A stretch of 64,000 nt of DNA, taken from Candidatus Woesebacteria bacterium GW2011_GWB1_39_12. Lineage in GTDB: Bacteria; Patescibacteriota; Microgenomatia; UBA8517. The stretch is from NCBI GenBank assembly GCA_000993405.1, contig LBWB01000009.1, forward strand, positions 13,848-77,847, read 5' to 3'. Positions 19,686 to 30,679 of this stretch are shown here, piece after piece. Each line of letters starts with the position of its first letter. The first letter of the stretch is position 1. Made by a program: the position numbers and the translations under genes. Under the pieces are notes generated by a model, which did no database searches, had not been told where the DNA came from, and saw only the letters and a program-made list of their open reading frames with translations.

Positions 19686-20426
19686 TCAGCCGAGGGTAAT
19701 TAAACTCATACCTCCATCAACAGTCAATATTTCACCGCAAACTGCATCATTTTTTACAAGGTAAACGATACTTTCTGCAATTTCTTCAGGTTGAATCATT
19801 CGTTTGATTAAATGAACTTTTCCTAATTCTTCTTGTTCTTTGTCATCAGGATTACCCCACATTGGAGTTGCAACTCTGCCAGGAGCAATTGCATTAACAA
19901 GTATCTTAGGAGCTAGTTCTTTTGCTAAATTCTTAGTATAACTTTCAAGAGCAGCTTTAAAAGCTGAATAAGCAATTGCTTCTGAACTTCCGTGTCCCAA
20001 TCTACCATGAATCGATGAAACATTTACAATCTTCCCTTCATTCATTAACTCCAAAGCATATTTAGTAACAAGTACACAACTTAAAAAATTATTCTCATAA
20101 ACATTTTCAAATGCTTTAATATTTGTTGGGCTATCATTACTATCAAATATCCCAGCATTATTAACCAAAACATCAAGATGGGTGAATTTATCTTTTATCT
20201 TCTTAAATATTCCTTTTACTTCATTCTCGTTAGTTACATCTGCCTTTATTGTTATATTTCCTTTAGAGTATTTATTACATTCATTTAAAACCTCCTGAGC
20301 TGATTTTAAATCCGATTTGAAGTTAATAACTACAGAACAACCCTCTTTTGCGAAAGCAATTGCAGTTGCTCTTCCTATTCCCTTTGAAGCCCCCGTAACA
20401 AGAACGACTTTATTTTTGAGATTCAT
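19686..20426 (-). CDS. SDR family oxidoreductase (3-oxoacyl-ACP reductase-like)
   Basis: TGASKGIGRATA, NNAG, YxxxK (YSAFKAAL). Confidence 0.9.
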   Translation of the reverse strand: MNLKNKVVLVTGASKGIGRATAIAFAKEGCSVVINFKSDLKSAQEVLNECNKYSKGNITIKADVTNENEVKGIFKKIKDKFTHLDVLVNNAGIFDSNDSPTNIKAFENVYENNFLSCVLVTKYALELMNEGKIVNVSSIHGRLGHGSSEAIAYSAFKAALESYTKNLAKELAPKILVNAIAPGRVATPMWGNPDDKEQEELGKVHLIKRMIQPEEIAESIVYLVKNDAVCGEILTVDGGMSLITLG

Positions 20427-20529
20427 ATAAATCTTAATTTACAAACCCAATTATACTAGAAACATTTCTGGTTGTTTATTGGGAATTATTTGTGAGCTAA
20501 TGGAGGAAATTTGGAGTCGAGCTTCTCGC

Positions 20530-21294
20530 CTACTTTCCGGAATCAAAACCCGTATCCCACACTCTTTGATATGCCTGCATTACTCTTTCAATATCTTCGG
20601 AAGTAACTTCAGCATCTTGTGGTAAACGTAGTACAGCTCTTACAAACCCGGGTACGTCGTTATTTTCAGCATATTCATCCGCTAACGTATTTGTTAATGG
20701 AAAAAGTTGAAGCGTAAGTTTGCCTATATCAAAATATCTTTGATTTTCTACCTGATAATCACCCAAACCTGCAGCGTTCCTTTCCGCCATTCCCTCCTCA
20801 AATAATCTAAAGTATGTCTCTTCTCCTGAATTTAAATGGACTTTAATTGACAACCCATGATATCCGATTATTAAACCGCCACTAAAAAGAAGCGGCTCGG
20901 GTAAAACAGTTTCTTCCTTCGGAACACAAGCATGCGTCATTGCGTGACGAACTATATCATTAGGATCTGTGGCATCCGGAGATATAAATATTTCTCCTGG
21001 TATTGCCATTTCTGTCGTATCCGATGTTAATAATTCCTCCAAATCGTCTGGCAAATCTAATAAAGGCATTACGGTAATATCTTTAATACATTCATATTTA
21101 TCGTGCCACTGCCGAGCACCCTTCTGAATTTCAGCCGAAAATTTCTGACCAAAACCTTTGACTGTAACACCTAATTCTCTGCCGGGGGCGGTGGATGTTA
21201 TTTCAATTGACCTTATTTCTGGAGGCTTTACCACGGAACAACCAGCTAAAAGCGATCCTATTAATATACTATTTAGTCCTTCAACACGTCTCAT
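20530..21294 (-). CDS. Hypothetical lipoprotein
   Basis: Signal peptide with lipobox LLAGC; no known domain. Confidence 0.55.
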   Translation of the reverse strand: MRRVEGLNSILIGSLLAGCSVVKPPEIRSIEITSTAPGRELGVTVKGFGQKFSAEIQKGARQWHDKYECIKDITVMPLLDLPDDLEELLTSDTTEMAIPGEIFISPDATDPNDIVRHAMTHACVPKEETVLPEPLLFSGGLIIGYHGLSIKVHLNSGEETYFRLFEEGMAERNAAGLGDYQVENQRYFDIGKLTLQLFPLTNTLADEYAENNDVPGFVRAVLRLPQDAEVTSEDIERVMQAYQRVWDTGFDSGK

Positions 21295-21373
21295 GTAGGG
21301 GAGATTATAATAACCCGGGAGGTACAAATCAAATTTTCAGTTATTTCTCAGCTTCAGAGGTATAATTTAAATC

Positions 21374-22048
21374 ATGCGGATACTCGTTGTCGAAGATGAA
21401 CATAAGATTGCAAACTCGATTAAAAAAGGAATGGAGCTGGAAGGATTTGCTGTGGACATTACTTACGACGGGATAGAAGGCTACGATATGGCTTCTAGCG
21501 AAGAATATGACGTAATAATATTAGACTTGATGCTCCCCGGAATGGACGGAGTAACTCTTTGTAAAAAACTTCGTGAAGAAAAAAATCACACACCGATTTT
21601 GATGTTAACCGCAAAAGGGCAGGTTCAAGATAAAGTTTTGGGGCTTAACTCGGGCGCCGATGACTATTTAGTAAAACCTTTCGCTTTTGAAGAACTTCTG
21701 GCTCGCGTCAAAGCTCTGACGCGAAGGCCTAAAAACGGTGGCAATATAATACTTAAAACTAAAGACTTAATATTAAATACTGTAACATACGAAGTGAAAA
21801 GATCTGGGGAAAAAATAAGTTTGTCCAGAAAAGAATTCTCACTTCTCGAATATTTAATGCGTAATCCTGACAAAATTATTAGTAAAGACCAAATTATTGG
21901 CCATGTATGGGATTATGATGCAGACATTTTGCCTAATACTGTTGAAGTTTATATTGGATATTTAAGGAAAAAAATAGACTTGGCATTTCCAAATTCCACT
22001 CCCCTAATTCATACGGTGAGAGGATTCGGATATAAGATAGGAGAATAA
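21374..22048 (+). CDS. OmpR/PhoB-family response regulator (receiver + winged helix)
   Basis: VVEDE...DVIILDLMLPGMDG...LTAKG; C-terminal Trans_reg_C. Confidence 0.9.
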   Translation: MRILVVEDEHKIANSIKKGMELEGFAVDITYDGIEGYDMASSEEYDVIILDLMLPGMDGVTLCKKLREEKNHTPILMLTAKGQVQDKVLGLNSGADDYLVKPFAFEELLARVKALTRRPKNGGNIILKTKDLILNTVTYEVKRSGEKISLSRKEFSLLEYLMRNPDKIISKDQIIGHVWDYDADILPNTVEVYIGYLRKKIDLAFPNSTPLIHTVRGFGYKIGE

Positions 22049-22134
22049 ATTGTTAGATAGCTAAATAGCTGATGGTAAGATAACTTTTAGAAATTTAACA
22101 ATATAGCCATATAACCATCTAGCTATTTCTAATC

Positions 22135-23181
22135 ATGTTTCATTCAGCACGCATCAAACTAACTTTCTGGTACTTGGTCATAATCATGTTGGTAAGCGGC
22201 TTTTTCAGCCTTATTGTTTATCGTGGTTTTACAAAAGAACTCGGTCGAGGATTTCGCTTCCAAGCTCTTCACACTGCGCCAGAAAGAAGAGTTGTAGTGC
22301 AGGAACGCAACGGTTTCTTTAGAATTTTGCCTTTTATGATTTATCCTGACGAAATAGCTCCTGAAGAGTTTGTAGAGATTATTAATCTTGCAAAGCGGAG
22401 GTTCGCGCTTCAACTTTTGATTATAAATGGGGGCATTTTATTTTTAGCGGGTACGGCGGGATATTTTTTGGCCGGGAAAACGCTTCAACCTATTGAAGTT
22501 ATGGTTGACGAACAAAAACGCTTTGTTGCAGACGCATCGCACGAACTTCGTACTCCCCTGACTTCGATTAAAACCGAAGTTGAAGTTGCGTTAAGAGACA
22601 AAAAATTAAAATTGGTTGATGCAAAAGAATTGTTAAAAAGTAACTTGACGGAAATAGACAAAATGAAATATTTTTCCGATAATCTTCTGGCCTTAAGTCG
22701 CTATGAAGCAAGTGGACGAGATTTATCAATGGAAGACGTTGATTTAGCTGAAGCAGTAAGACAAGCGATTGAAAGAAATGCACCTCAAGCCAGAGAAAAG
22801 AAAATATCCATAAAGGAGGATTTGTCTGCCGTTACAGTCAAAGGAAATCCCCAAAGCTTAGTAGAACTCATTTCGATACTAATTAATAATGCGATTAAAT
22901 ACAGTCCTGAAGGTAAGGAAGTAAGAGTAAGTGTAAGGATAAAAGGAAAAAAAGCTGTAATCGAAGTTAGGGATCAGGGAATTGGTATATCCGAAAAAGA
23001 AATTCCTCACATTTTCGACCGATTTTATAGGGCAGATAGCTCGCGAAATAAAACCATAGTAGATGGCTATGGTCTTGGCCTTTCTATTGCAAAATCCATT
23101 GTTGATGCGCATAAAGGAGAAATCAAGGTTGAAAGTGAAGTTGGGAAAGGATCCAGATTTATAGTAGTTCTTCCAAGATAA
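22135..23181 (+). CDS. Sensor histidine kinase (2 TM, HisKA + HATPase_c)
   Basis: H-box VADASHELRTPLTSI; N, G1, G2 boxes. Confidence 0.9.
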   Translation: MFHSARIKLTFWYLVIIMLVSGFFSLIVYRGFTKELGRGFRFQALHTAPERRVVVQERNGFFRILPFMIYPDEIAPEEFVEIINLAKRRFALQLLIINGGILFLAGTAGYFLAGKTLQPIEVMVDEQKRFVADASHELRTPLTSIKTEVEVALRDKKLKLVDAKELLKSNLTEIDKMKYFSDNLLALSRYEASGRDLSMEDVDLAEAVRQAIERNAPQAREKKISIKEDLSAVTVKGNPQSLVELISILINNAIKYSPEGKEVRVSVRIKGKKAVIEVRDQGIGISEKEIPHIFDRFYRADSSRNKTIVDGYGLGLSIAKSIVDAHKGEIKVESEVGKGSRFIVVLPR

Positions 23182-23201
23182 CGTTTTTAGAAACTATTCA
23201 A

Positions 23202-23225
23202 AACAGATTAGTAATTCTGTTTTGC
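23202..23225 (+). terminator. Intrinsic terminator after the histidine kinase gene
   Basis: AACAGAttagtaatTCTGTT followed by TTTGC. Confidence 0.5.
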
Positions 23226-23339
23226 ACCTTCGGTGAGTTTACCACGCCTTGTGTGGCCAAGCTTTGCTTATATAACTTGGTTCAAAACTCTTGTTCGTTC
23301 CGTTAAAATACGGAACTCACGGATTTTGAAACAAGTTAT

Positions 23340-23356
23340 AAGCCTTTTCTCAGAAT
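23340..23356 (+). promoter_or_regulatory. Copy 1 of the conserved AGC(C/T)TTTTCTCAGAAT motif upstream of the Spy-like gene
   Basis: agccttttctcagaatg; see copies at 23931, 27438, 27961. Confidence 0.45.
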
Positions 23357-23417
23357 GAAGTAGTAACTTATCAATATCAAGCCCGCCTACGCTAAAAGCT
23401 ATGGCGAGGTAAAGGGG

Positions 23418-23864
23418 GTGAGAAAAATGAGCAAAAAACTTTTAATATCATTACTTACTTTAGGCGCAGTAATTTCTCTGGCTACATATGGTGTAAGTTC
23501 TATTCGAGCAAGCGAAACCGGAACTGCTAATCCGGTAATTTCTCGTCTGGCCGAAAAATTTAATTTAGAAGAAAATGATGTCGAGGCTGTATTTGATGCA
23601 GTTCACGAAGAACGCCAGGAAGAGATGAGAAAGGCAAGAGAAGAACGCTTAAACGAAGCTGTTTCCAATGGCGTGATTACAGAAGCTCAAAAGACGGCTT
23701 TGTTAGATAAGTGGGAAGAAATGCAAAACAAAAGAGAGCAGGAAAGGCTGGAAATGCAAAATTGGTTTGAGCAAGAAGGAATTGACCCAACCAAACTTGC
23801 CCCATACGGAGGTTTTGGTCACCATGAAGGATTTGGCAAAATGGGCATGGGCATGATGCACTAA
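23418..23864 (+). CDS. Secreted Spy/CpxP-like (LTxxQ-type) periplasmic protein with a Met/His-rich C-terminal tail
   Basis: Signal peptide; ITEAQKTALLDKWEEM LTxxQ-like motif; tail GGFGHHEGFGKMGMGMMH; strong RBS AAAGGGGGTGAG. Confidence 0.5.
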   Translation: MRKMSKKLLISLLTLGAVISLATYGVSSIRASETGTANPVISRLAEKFNLEENDVEAVFDAVHEERQEEMRKAREERLNEAVSNGVITEAQKTALLDKWEEMQNKREQERLEMQNWFEQEGIDPTKLAPYGGFGHHEGFGKMGMGMMH

Positions 23865-23886
23865 AATTTCTTCGCTATCGTAGAAA

Positions 23887-23919
23887 CACTCCCGCAGTAA
23901 TATGCGGGGGTGTTTTTTT
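23887..23919 (+). terminator. Rho-independent terminator
   Basis: CACTCCCGCAgtaatatGCGGGGGTG + TTTTTTT. Confidence 0.7.
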
Positions 23920-23930
23920 AGATCAAGTTC

Positions 23931-23950
23931 TTCAGCTTTTTCTCAGAATT
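23931..23950 (+). promoter_or_regulatory. Copy 2 of the conserved motif (TTCAGCTTTTTCTCAGAATT), 20 nt upstream of the adaptor gene
   Basis: Identical 17-mer to the copy at 27961. Confidence 0.5.
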
Positions 23951-23971
23951 CGATTCTACACTTAGGCTTGT

Positions 23972-25186
23972 ATGAATAAAATAAAAGCCATTTTTTCGTG
24001 GTTTTTAAAGGACAAGAAAAGAATTGTCATCGCCGTCATTATTATCGGCGTCTTGATTTTCGGTTACGGAGAAATCTTTGGCAATAAATCCAATCAAACT
24101 CAAATCCAAACCGCAAAAGCAGAAAAAGGAACAATCGTTTCTACTGTTTCCGCATCCGGTAGCGTCATCTCATCAAATATTACCAGCGTTACGACCCAAA
24201 CGAGCGGCCTTGTCAAAAAAGTATACGTAAAAGAGGGCGATAATGTGGCAGTAGGACAAAAATTAGCCGAAATTGAACTTGATTTAGACGGTGCCCAACA
24301 AAATGCATCTGCATATTCAAACTACGTCAGTGCTGTAAATTCTCTTAATTCAGCAAACAATAATCTACGAAGTGCCCAAGCATCTTTGGATGTAGTCTAT
24401 GACGAAATTAAAGGACATGATAATGACGAGTCGCTTACCATTAAAGAGACAAGAACTAAAACTGAAGTTGCGAAAGACAATGCCTACAACTCCATAATAA
24501 ATACTAAGGCAAACCTAACATCTTCTAGTTATAACTTACGCTTAAATTCGCCTGTAATTACCGCACCGACCTCTGGAAAACTAATCAGTTTAACAATTGC
24601 CGAGGGAATGTCTCTAAGCGCACTTACCTCCTCAAGCGGCACAAGAACCGGTCAAAGAGTTGCATCAATTGTTACGGAAGGAAAATCCCTCATTTCGGTC
24701 AATATTTCCGAAATTGACGTTCCGAATGTAGAAATTGGCCAAAAAGCAACCGTAACCTTCGACAGTATTACCGACAAAACTTTTTCCGGCCAGGTGGTTA
24801 CTATCGACAGAGTCGGATCAACAATAAGTAATGTCACTTCCTACCCAGCGATTATCGCTCTCGACACAAATTCCGACCAGATTCTGACTAATATGGCGGT
24901 AACTGTAAATATCATTACCCAGATTAAAAACGATGTACTTCTTATTCCAACATCTGCAGTCCAATTGCAGGGAACCGAGTCTTCCGTCAGGGTTATCAAA
25001 AATGGTGTTCAAGAGAATGTTATTGTCCAAACCGGACTTACCTCTGATTCACAAACTGAAATCACCTCAGGCCTTTTTGAAGGAGATGAAGTGATTACCT
25101 CGACCACAACTTCAACCAGCGGCACTCAAACAAGATCTGTATTTAGTACTGGCGGATTCGGTGGAGCACGATTTATCGGCAGATAA
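23972..25186 (+). CDS. HlyD/MacA-family periplasmic adaptor subunit of an ABC-type efflux pump
   Basis: N-terminal TM; biotin-lipoyl-like and beta-barrel regions (VKKVYVKEGDNVAVGQKLAEIE). Confidence 0.75.
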   Translation: MNKIKAIFSWFLKDKKRIVIAVIIIGVLIFGYGEIFGNKSNQTQIQTAKAEKGTIVSTVSASGSVISSNITSVTTQTSGLVKKVYVKEGDNVAVGQKLAEIELDLDGAQQNASAYSNYVSAVNSLNSANNNLRSAQASLDVVYDEIKGHDNDESLTIKETRTKTEVAKDNAYNSIINTKANLTSSSYNLRLNSPVITAPTSGKLISLTIAEGMSLSALTSSSGTRTGQRVASIVTEGKSLISVNISEIDVPNVEIGQKATVTFDSITDKTFSGQVVTIDRVGSTISNVTSYPAIIALDTNSDQILTNMAVTVNIITQIKNDVLLIPTSAVQLQGTESSVRVIKNGVQENVIVQTGLTSDSQTEITSGLFEGDEVITSTTTSTSGTQTRSVFSTGGFGGARFIGR

Positions 25187-25202
25187 ATCAGGAAGAATTA
25201 AT

Positions 25203-25901
25203 ATGATTGCGGTAAATCATCTATCAAAAATCTACAAAACCGATTCTGTCGAAACAATGGCTCTTTCCGATGTTTCGTTTAATATTAAAAAGGGGGAATT
25301 TGTAGCCATAATGGGCCCTTCTGGTTCGGGCAAATCTACCCTCATGCATATATTAGGAGCCTTGGATTTACCCACAAGCGGATCCTATACTTTGGACGGC
25401 GATAACGTCTCCAATCTTTCTGAAGATGAACTCGCTGATATCAGAAACAAAAAAATTGGCTTTGTTTTCCAAGCTTTTAATTTGCTTCCTCGCACAACCG
25501 CCTTGAAAAATGTCCAGCTACCTATGATCTATGCCGGAATAAAAAAAGAAGACCGCATCAAACTCGCCGAGAAATATTTAACATTGGTTGGCCTTGCCGA
25601 TCGCATGGAACACACGTCAAGCCAGCTCTCCGGTGGTCAACAACAGCGCGTCGCAATTGCCAGATCTTTAGTAATGAATCCCTCAATAATTCTCGCCGAC
25701 GAGCCAACAGGCAATATCGCTACAACCCAAGCCGAAGAAATTATGGAAATCTTCGAGCACCTAAATGACGAGGGGCACACAATTATTATGATTACTCATG
25801 AGCAAGATATTGCCGAACATGCCAAACGCATCATCACCATCCGAGACGGCAAAATTGTTGGAGACATTAAAAACGGCAAAAGAAGAAATTTAAAATCGTA
25901 A
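25203..25901 (+). CDS. ABC transporter ATP-binding protein (MacB/LolD-like)
   Basis: Walker A GPSGSGKST, signature LSGGQQQRVAIARSL, Walker B ILADEPTG. Confidence 0.9.
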   Translation: MIAVNHLSKIYKTDSVETMALSDVSFNIKKGEFVAIMGPSGSGKSTLMHILGALDLPTSGSYTLDGDNVSNLSEDELADIRNKKIGFVFQAFNLLPRTTALKNVQLPMIYAGIKKEDRIKLAEKYLTLVGLADRMEHTSSQLSGGQQQRVAIARSLVMNPSIILADEPTGNIATTQAEEIMEIFEHLNDEGHTIIMITHEQDIAEHAKRIITIRDGKIVGDIKNGKRRNLKS

Positions 25902-25904
25902 ATT

Positions 25905-27128
<1,224 letters not shown>

Positions 27129-27133
27129 GATTA

Positions 27134-27385
27134 TTCTCCTTCTACTCTACGAAATCCTTCAAGAATTTCTGCTTTTTTAGGGGTAAGTCCGAAACTTTTT
27201 AATGCCCCATCACTTCCCCCCAGATTGATTCCTAGTTCTTACATTCTTTGGTTTATTAAAGGGCTATCTTCAGTGTCAAGTTCTCTTCCCAACCCTTCTT
27301 CAATTGCCTTAATAGTATCTCGAAGTAGAATATGATCAGAACCAGTTAGTCCTTGTTTTTTCCAAAAACGATAATCAAAAGACAT
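27134..27385 (-). pseudogene. Small ORF interrupted by an in-frame TAA (possible decayed small gene)
   Basis: MSFDYRFWKKQGLTGSDHILLRDTIKAIEEGLGRELDTEDSPLINQRM*ELGINLGGSDGALKSFGLTPKKAEILEGFRRVEGE*; coding-like on both sides of the stop. Confidence 0.25.
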
Positions 27386-27437
27386 AAGCTATTTGATTCA
27401 AATCTTATTTTATCACTGATTTGTTACAAAAGCTTCA

Positions 27438-27457
27438 TTCAGCTTGTTCTCAGCAAT
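27438..27457 (+). promoter_or_regulatory. Copy 3 of the conserved motif (TTCAGCTTGTTCTCAGCAAT)
   Basis: Upstream of the 27496 gene. Confidence 0.4.
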
Positions 27458-27495
27458 GAAACTTAAAATCTAGGTCAAGAACTGAGGTGATATTT

Positions 27496-27954
27496 ATGAC
27501 AGACGAAGAGAAATCTAAACCAAATAAAAATAGTTTGCTAGTTATATCAGTAGTTGCGTTGGTTGTTGGAGTTGCAGCCTTCCTTGGCGGAATGAAATAT
27601 CAACAAACTAAATCGACAACTCGTTTTTCAGGTTTTAACGGCGAAAAAGGCCAATTTGTGCAAAGAATGGGTGGACCAAGTGGGAATGAAGCAAATTTTC
27701 AACCCATAAACGGCGAAATTATCAGCTCGGACGAGACATCAGTAACAATTAAGTTGCAAGACGGCTCGAGCAAAATTGTTCTTTTGAGTGATTCTACTTC
27801 TATCAATAAAGCGGAATCTGGTTCAAAAGAGGATTTGAAAGAAGGCGAAAAGGTTCTAGTCTTGGGAAATTCTAATTCCGACGGCAGTGTTTCTGCTCAG
27901 TCAATTCAACTCAACCCACCGGATCGAGTGATTTTCAGGCAGGAAAACCAATAA
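27496..27954 (+). CDS. Hypothetical membrane-anchored protein
   Basis: N-terminal TM, Ser/Gly-rich. Confidence 0.5.
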   Translation: MTDEEKSKPNKNSLLVISVVALVVGVAAFLGGMKYQQTKSTTRFSGFNGEKGQFVQRMGGPSGNEANFQPINGEIISSDETSVTIKLQDGSSKIVLLSDSTSINKAESGSKEDLKEGEKVLVLGNSNSDGSVSAQSIQLNPPDRVIFRQENQ

Positions 27955-27960
27955 GAAGCT

Positions 27961-27980
27961 TTCAGCTTTTTCTCAGATTT
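27961..27980 (+). promoter_or_regulatory. Copy 4 of the conserved motif (TTCAGCTTTTTCTCAGATTT), followed by TATAAT
   Basis: Upstream of the S9 peptidase gene. Confidence 0.5.
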
Positions 27981-27994
27981 CTTTTCTATAATTT

Positions 27995-29143
27995 TTGCTT
28001 TCGGTTATAATGGATTTTATGTTTTTGAAAAGCAAATTAATCATTCTTCTTCTTGGAATTTTTCTTATCGTCGCGGGAATCGTTTACCTTTCAAGAGATC
28101 GAAACATACCAAAAGTCATAGATAATCTCACTGATAACCCTAACCTCAATTTAGAAGACGAAGGGGGGTTGGAAAGCTCACAACATCCTCTTTCTATAGA
28201 AGCTTTAAGATCCGGTGAATATCCCGGAAGCGATATCGTAATTGAACAAACTCTTGAACCAGGTTCAAATTATAAAAGATATATTGCTTCATACAAATCC
28301 GAAGGCCTAAAAATTTATGGACTTTTGACCGTTCCTTCGACAGGCTCAGGACCATGGCCCGCCATCGTTTTCAACCACGGCTATATTCCCCCAACCCAAT
28401 ATCAAACAACGGAGCGATATGTAGCTTACGTCGATGGGTTTGCAAGAAACGGATATGTCGTTTTCAAACCCGATTACAGAGGTCATGGTAATTCAGAAGG
28501 AGAGCCAACAGGAGCATACGGATCAAGTGGATATACTATAGATGTTTTAAACGCAGTTTCTTCTCTAAAAAGATTAAAGAACCCCGAAAACCAGACAAGT
28601 TTATCCCGAGCGGAGTCGAGGGACTCAGGACGACTTGTTGACTCAAGTCGCATAGGTATGTGGGGACATTCTTTGGGAGGCTATGTTACTTTAAGAAGCA
28701 TGGTAATTTCCAAAGATATTAAGGCAGGTGTTATTTGGGCCGGAGTTGTCGGATCATACGAAGATCTTTTAAATAACTGGCGAAGAAGAAACACTTCTCC
28801 CCCACCCGGAATTCCAACTGGAGCAAGAAGATGGCGCCAAGAATTACAAGAAAAATTCGGAACGCCCGAACAAAATCCCGAGTTTTGGAATTCTATTTCC
28901 GCAAATTCATATTTGACTGACATTTCGGGTCCGCTACAGCTTCATCACGGAACTGCCGATGCGTCTGTTCCAATCGAATTTTCCCAAAAATTAGAAACAC
29001 AGCTGAAAGAAGCTAAAAAAGTGGTTGAATTTTATTCATATAGCGGAGATAATCATAATCTGTCGAATAATTTCTCTCTGGCAATGAGAAGGTCGGTTGA
29101 ATTTTTTGACAAATACTTGAAAAATGGCCCCGCACCAAGTTAA
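27995..29143 (+). CDS. S9 family peptidase / alpha-beta hydrolase (prolyl oligopeptidase-like), membrane-anchored
   Basis: GMWGHSLGGY nucleophile elbow; C-terminal Asp/His (HHGTADASVP). Confidence 0.7.
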   Translation: MLSVIMDFMFLKSKLIILLLGIFLIVAGIVYLSRDRNIPKVIDNLTDNPNLNLEDEGGLESSQHPLSIEALRSGEYPGSDIVIEQTLEPGSNYKRYIASYKSEGLKIYGLLTVPSTGSGPWPAIVFNHGYIPPTQYQTTERYVAYVDGFARNGYVVFKPDYRGHGNSEGEPTGAYGSSGYTIDVLNAVSSLKRLKNPENQTSLSRAESRDSGRLVDSSRIGMWGHSLGGYVTLRSMVISKDIKAGVIWAGVVGSYEDLLNNWRRRNTSPPPGIPTGARRWRQELQEKFGTPEQNPEFWNSISANSYLTDISGPLQLHHGTADASVPIEFSQKLETQLKEAKKVVEFYSYSGDNHNLSNNFSLAMRRSVEFFDKYLKNGPAPS

Positions 29144-29278
29144 TAGAAAATATTACATTGATTTTGAGTTTGCTTTTAATTTAAATCTAAAGTTTATTGA
29201 AAATATTAAATAATTAATAAACTCATATTTCATATTTTAAAAATCAACTATTAATTTGGTGCGGGGGAGGTGATTAGT

Positions 29279-29791
29279 ATGGAAGAAAATCAAGAAACAC
29301 AAAATAGCGAGATAAAAAATCGAAAACCGATGAACCCAATTCTTCTAGGCGGAATTGCCATTGTCGTACTTTTAGTCGTAGGTGGATTTTTATTTAGCCA
29401 GAGAAGAAATCAACCCGTGAGTGATGTAATGCCGGCGACTGACGAGAATGTGCAAGGAGTGGAAACCGAAGTAGATAATGCGATTGTCAAAGACGCATTG
29501 CCAACGGTCGAAACAGAACAAGTTATAAATATTGAAGCGGGATCGTTTTACTATTCACAAAAAGAAATTCGGGTTAAAAAGGGACAAACCGTAAAAATTG
29601 TGCTAACCGCCAAAGATATGATGCACGACTTTAATATTGACGAATTAGAAGTTGACGGTCCTATTATTAAGGCTGGAGAATCAACTACGATTGAATTTGT
29701 TGCGGACCGGGTTGGTGAGTTTGAATATTATTGCTCAGTCGGCCAGCACCGCGCAAACGGCCAAGTAGGAAAATTAATTATCGAGGAGTAA
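29279..29791 (+). CDS. Cupredoxin-domain (type-1 copper, plastocyanin/CoxII-like) protein with N-terminal TM anchor
   Basis: MHDF...YYCSVGQHRANGQ: His...Cys-x4-His with a Gln axial ligand. Confidence 0.65.
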   Translation: MEENQETQNSEIKNRKPMNPILLGGIAIVVLLVVGGFLFSQRRNQPVSDVMPATDENVQGVETEVDNAIVKDALPTVETEQVINIEAGSFYYSQKEIRVKKGQTVKIVLTAKDMMHDFNIDELEVDGPIIKAGESTTIEFVADRVGEFEYYCSVGQHRANGQVGKLIIEE

Positions 29792-29811
29792 AGTACTCCC
29801 CCCTTTCACCA

Positions 29812-29856
29812 AAAACCCCACCTTAAAGAACAGGTGGGGTTTAATTATTTTTTAAG
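29812..29856. terminator. Bidirectional intrinsic terminator between convergent genes
   Basis: AAAACCCCACCttaaagaacaGGTGGGGTTT, flanked by an A-run upstream and a T-run downstream. Confidence 0.7.
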
Positions 29857-30232
29857 CTCTTACTTGTACTAATTGAAAATAATTTCCGTCAGGATCCTCG
29901 TAAGTTACGATCCAGCCGTAACCTTCAAGGTGATATTTATCCTGAATCTTTTTGACCTTCTTACCGTCTAATTTCTTAACCTCCTTATCAATATCATCAA
30001 CCTCAAAATTAAGTAAAATCCTATTGGGATCTTTTGCCTCACCCTTAACTTTCGAGTGATCCATTATATAAAAGCCACTACTTCCTTTAACCTCAAAAGC
30101 AAAAAGGTTCTCGTTATTCTCACCCATTTCAGCCTCAAGAGTGAGCTTTAAACCTACAACGTCTTTATAAAAACTCGCTAATTTTTTTGCGTTGGCACTT
30201 CCTAATACAACGCTTTCTAATCCCTTAAGCAT
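29852..30232 (-). CDS. VOC/glyoxalase-fold protein
   Basis: MLKGLESVVLGSANAKKLASFYKDVVGL. Confidence 0.65.
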   Translation of the reverse strand: MLKGLESVVLGSANAKKLASFYKDVVGLKLTLEAEMGENNENLFAFEVKGSSGFYIMDHSKVKGEAKDPNRILLNFEVDDIDKEVKKLDGKKVKKIQDKYHLEGYGWIVTYEDPDGNYFQLVQVRA

Positions 30233-30335
30233 CTTTCTCACCCCCTTTCCAATAAAAATTAATAATATCCTAATTGTCAACTCCTTGCAAAACATTCATA
30301 TGGTTGAAAGTTCACCTTCTGATTAATACAATCTA

Positions 30336-30665
30336 ATGATGACTAAATATAAAGAATACGTTGCCAAAATGCTCAAGGAGAACAAGGAAATTTTTGAGAG
30401 TTTTAGAAATCTCCACGACGATTATGCATTAAACCCAGACGGACTCCAAGATAGATTCAATACTGAAGGTAAAAAAGTTTTAGAAATTATCCACGAGTAC
30501 GAAAACAGGCTTTGCGCAAATACGGAACGCGGAATGTACAATAAGTTCTCGCAAGGTTTAGCCGAGAAATTCCAAAACGAAGTTAGAAAAATCTTCCCCA
30601 AAATCGACTATATCGGACTTATTACCACACAAGAATTCGTTCTTAAGAAAATAAACCTCTCTTAA
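30336..30665 (+). CDS. Hypothetical protein
   Basis: 109 aa ORF. Confidence 0.45.
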   Translation: MMTKYKEYVAKMLKENKEIFESFRNLHDDYALNPDGLQDRFNTEGKKVLEIIHEYENRLCANTERGMYNKFSQGLAEKFQNEVRKIFPKIDYIGLITTQEFVLKKINLS

Positions 30666-30679
30666 ATTCTACAACTTAA

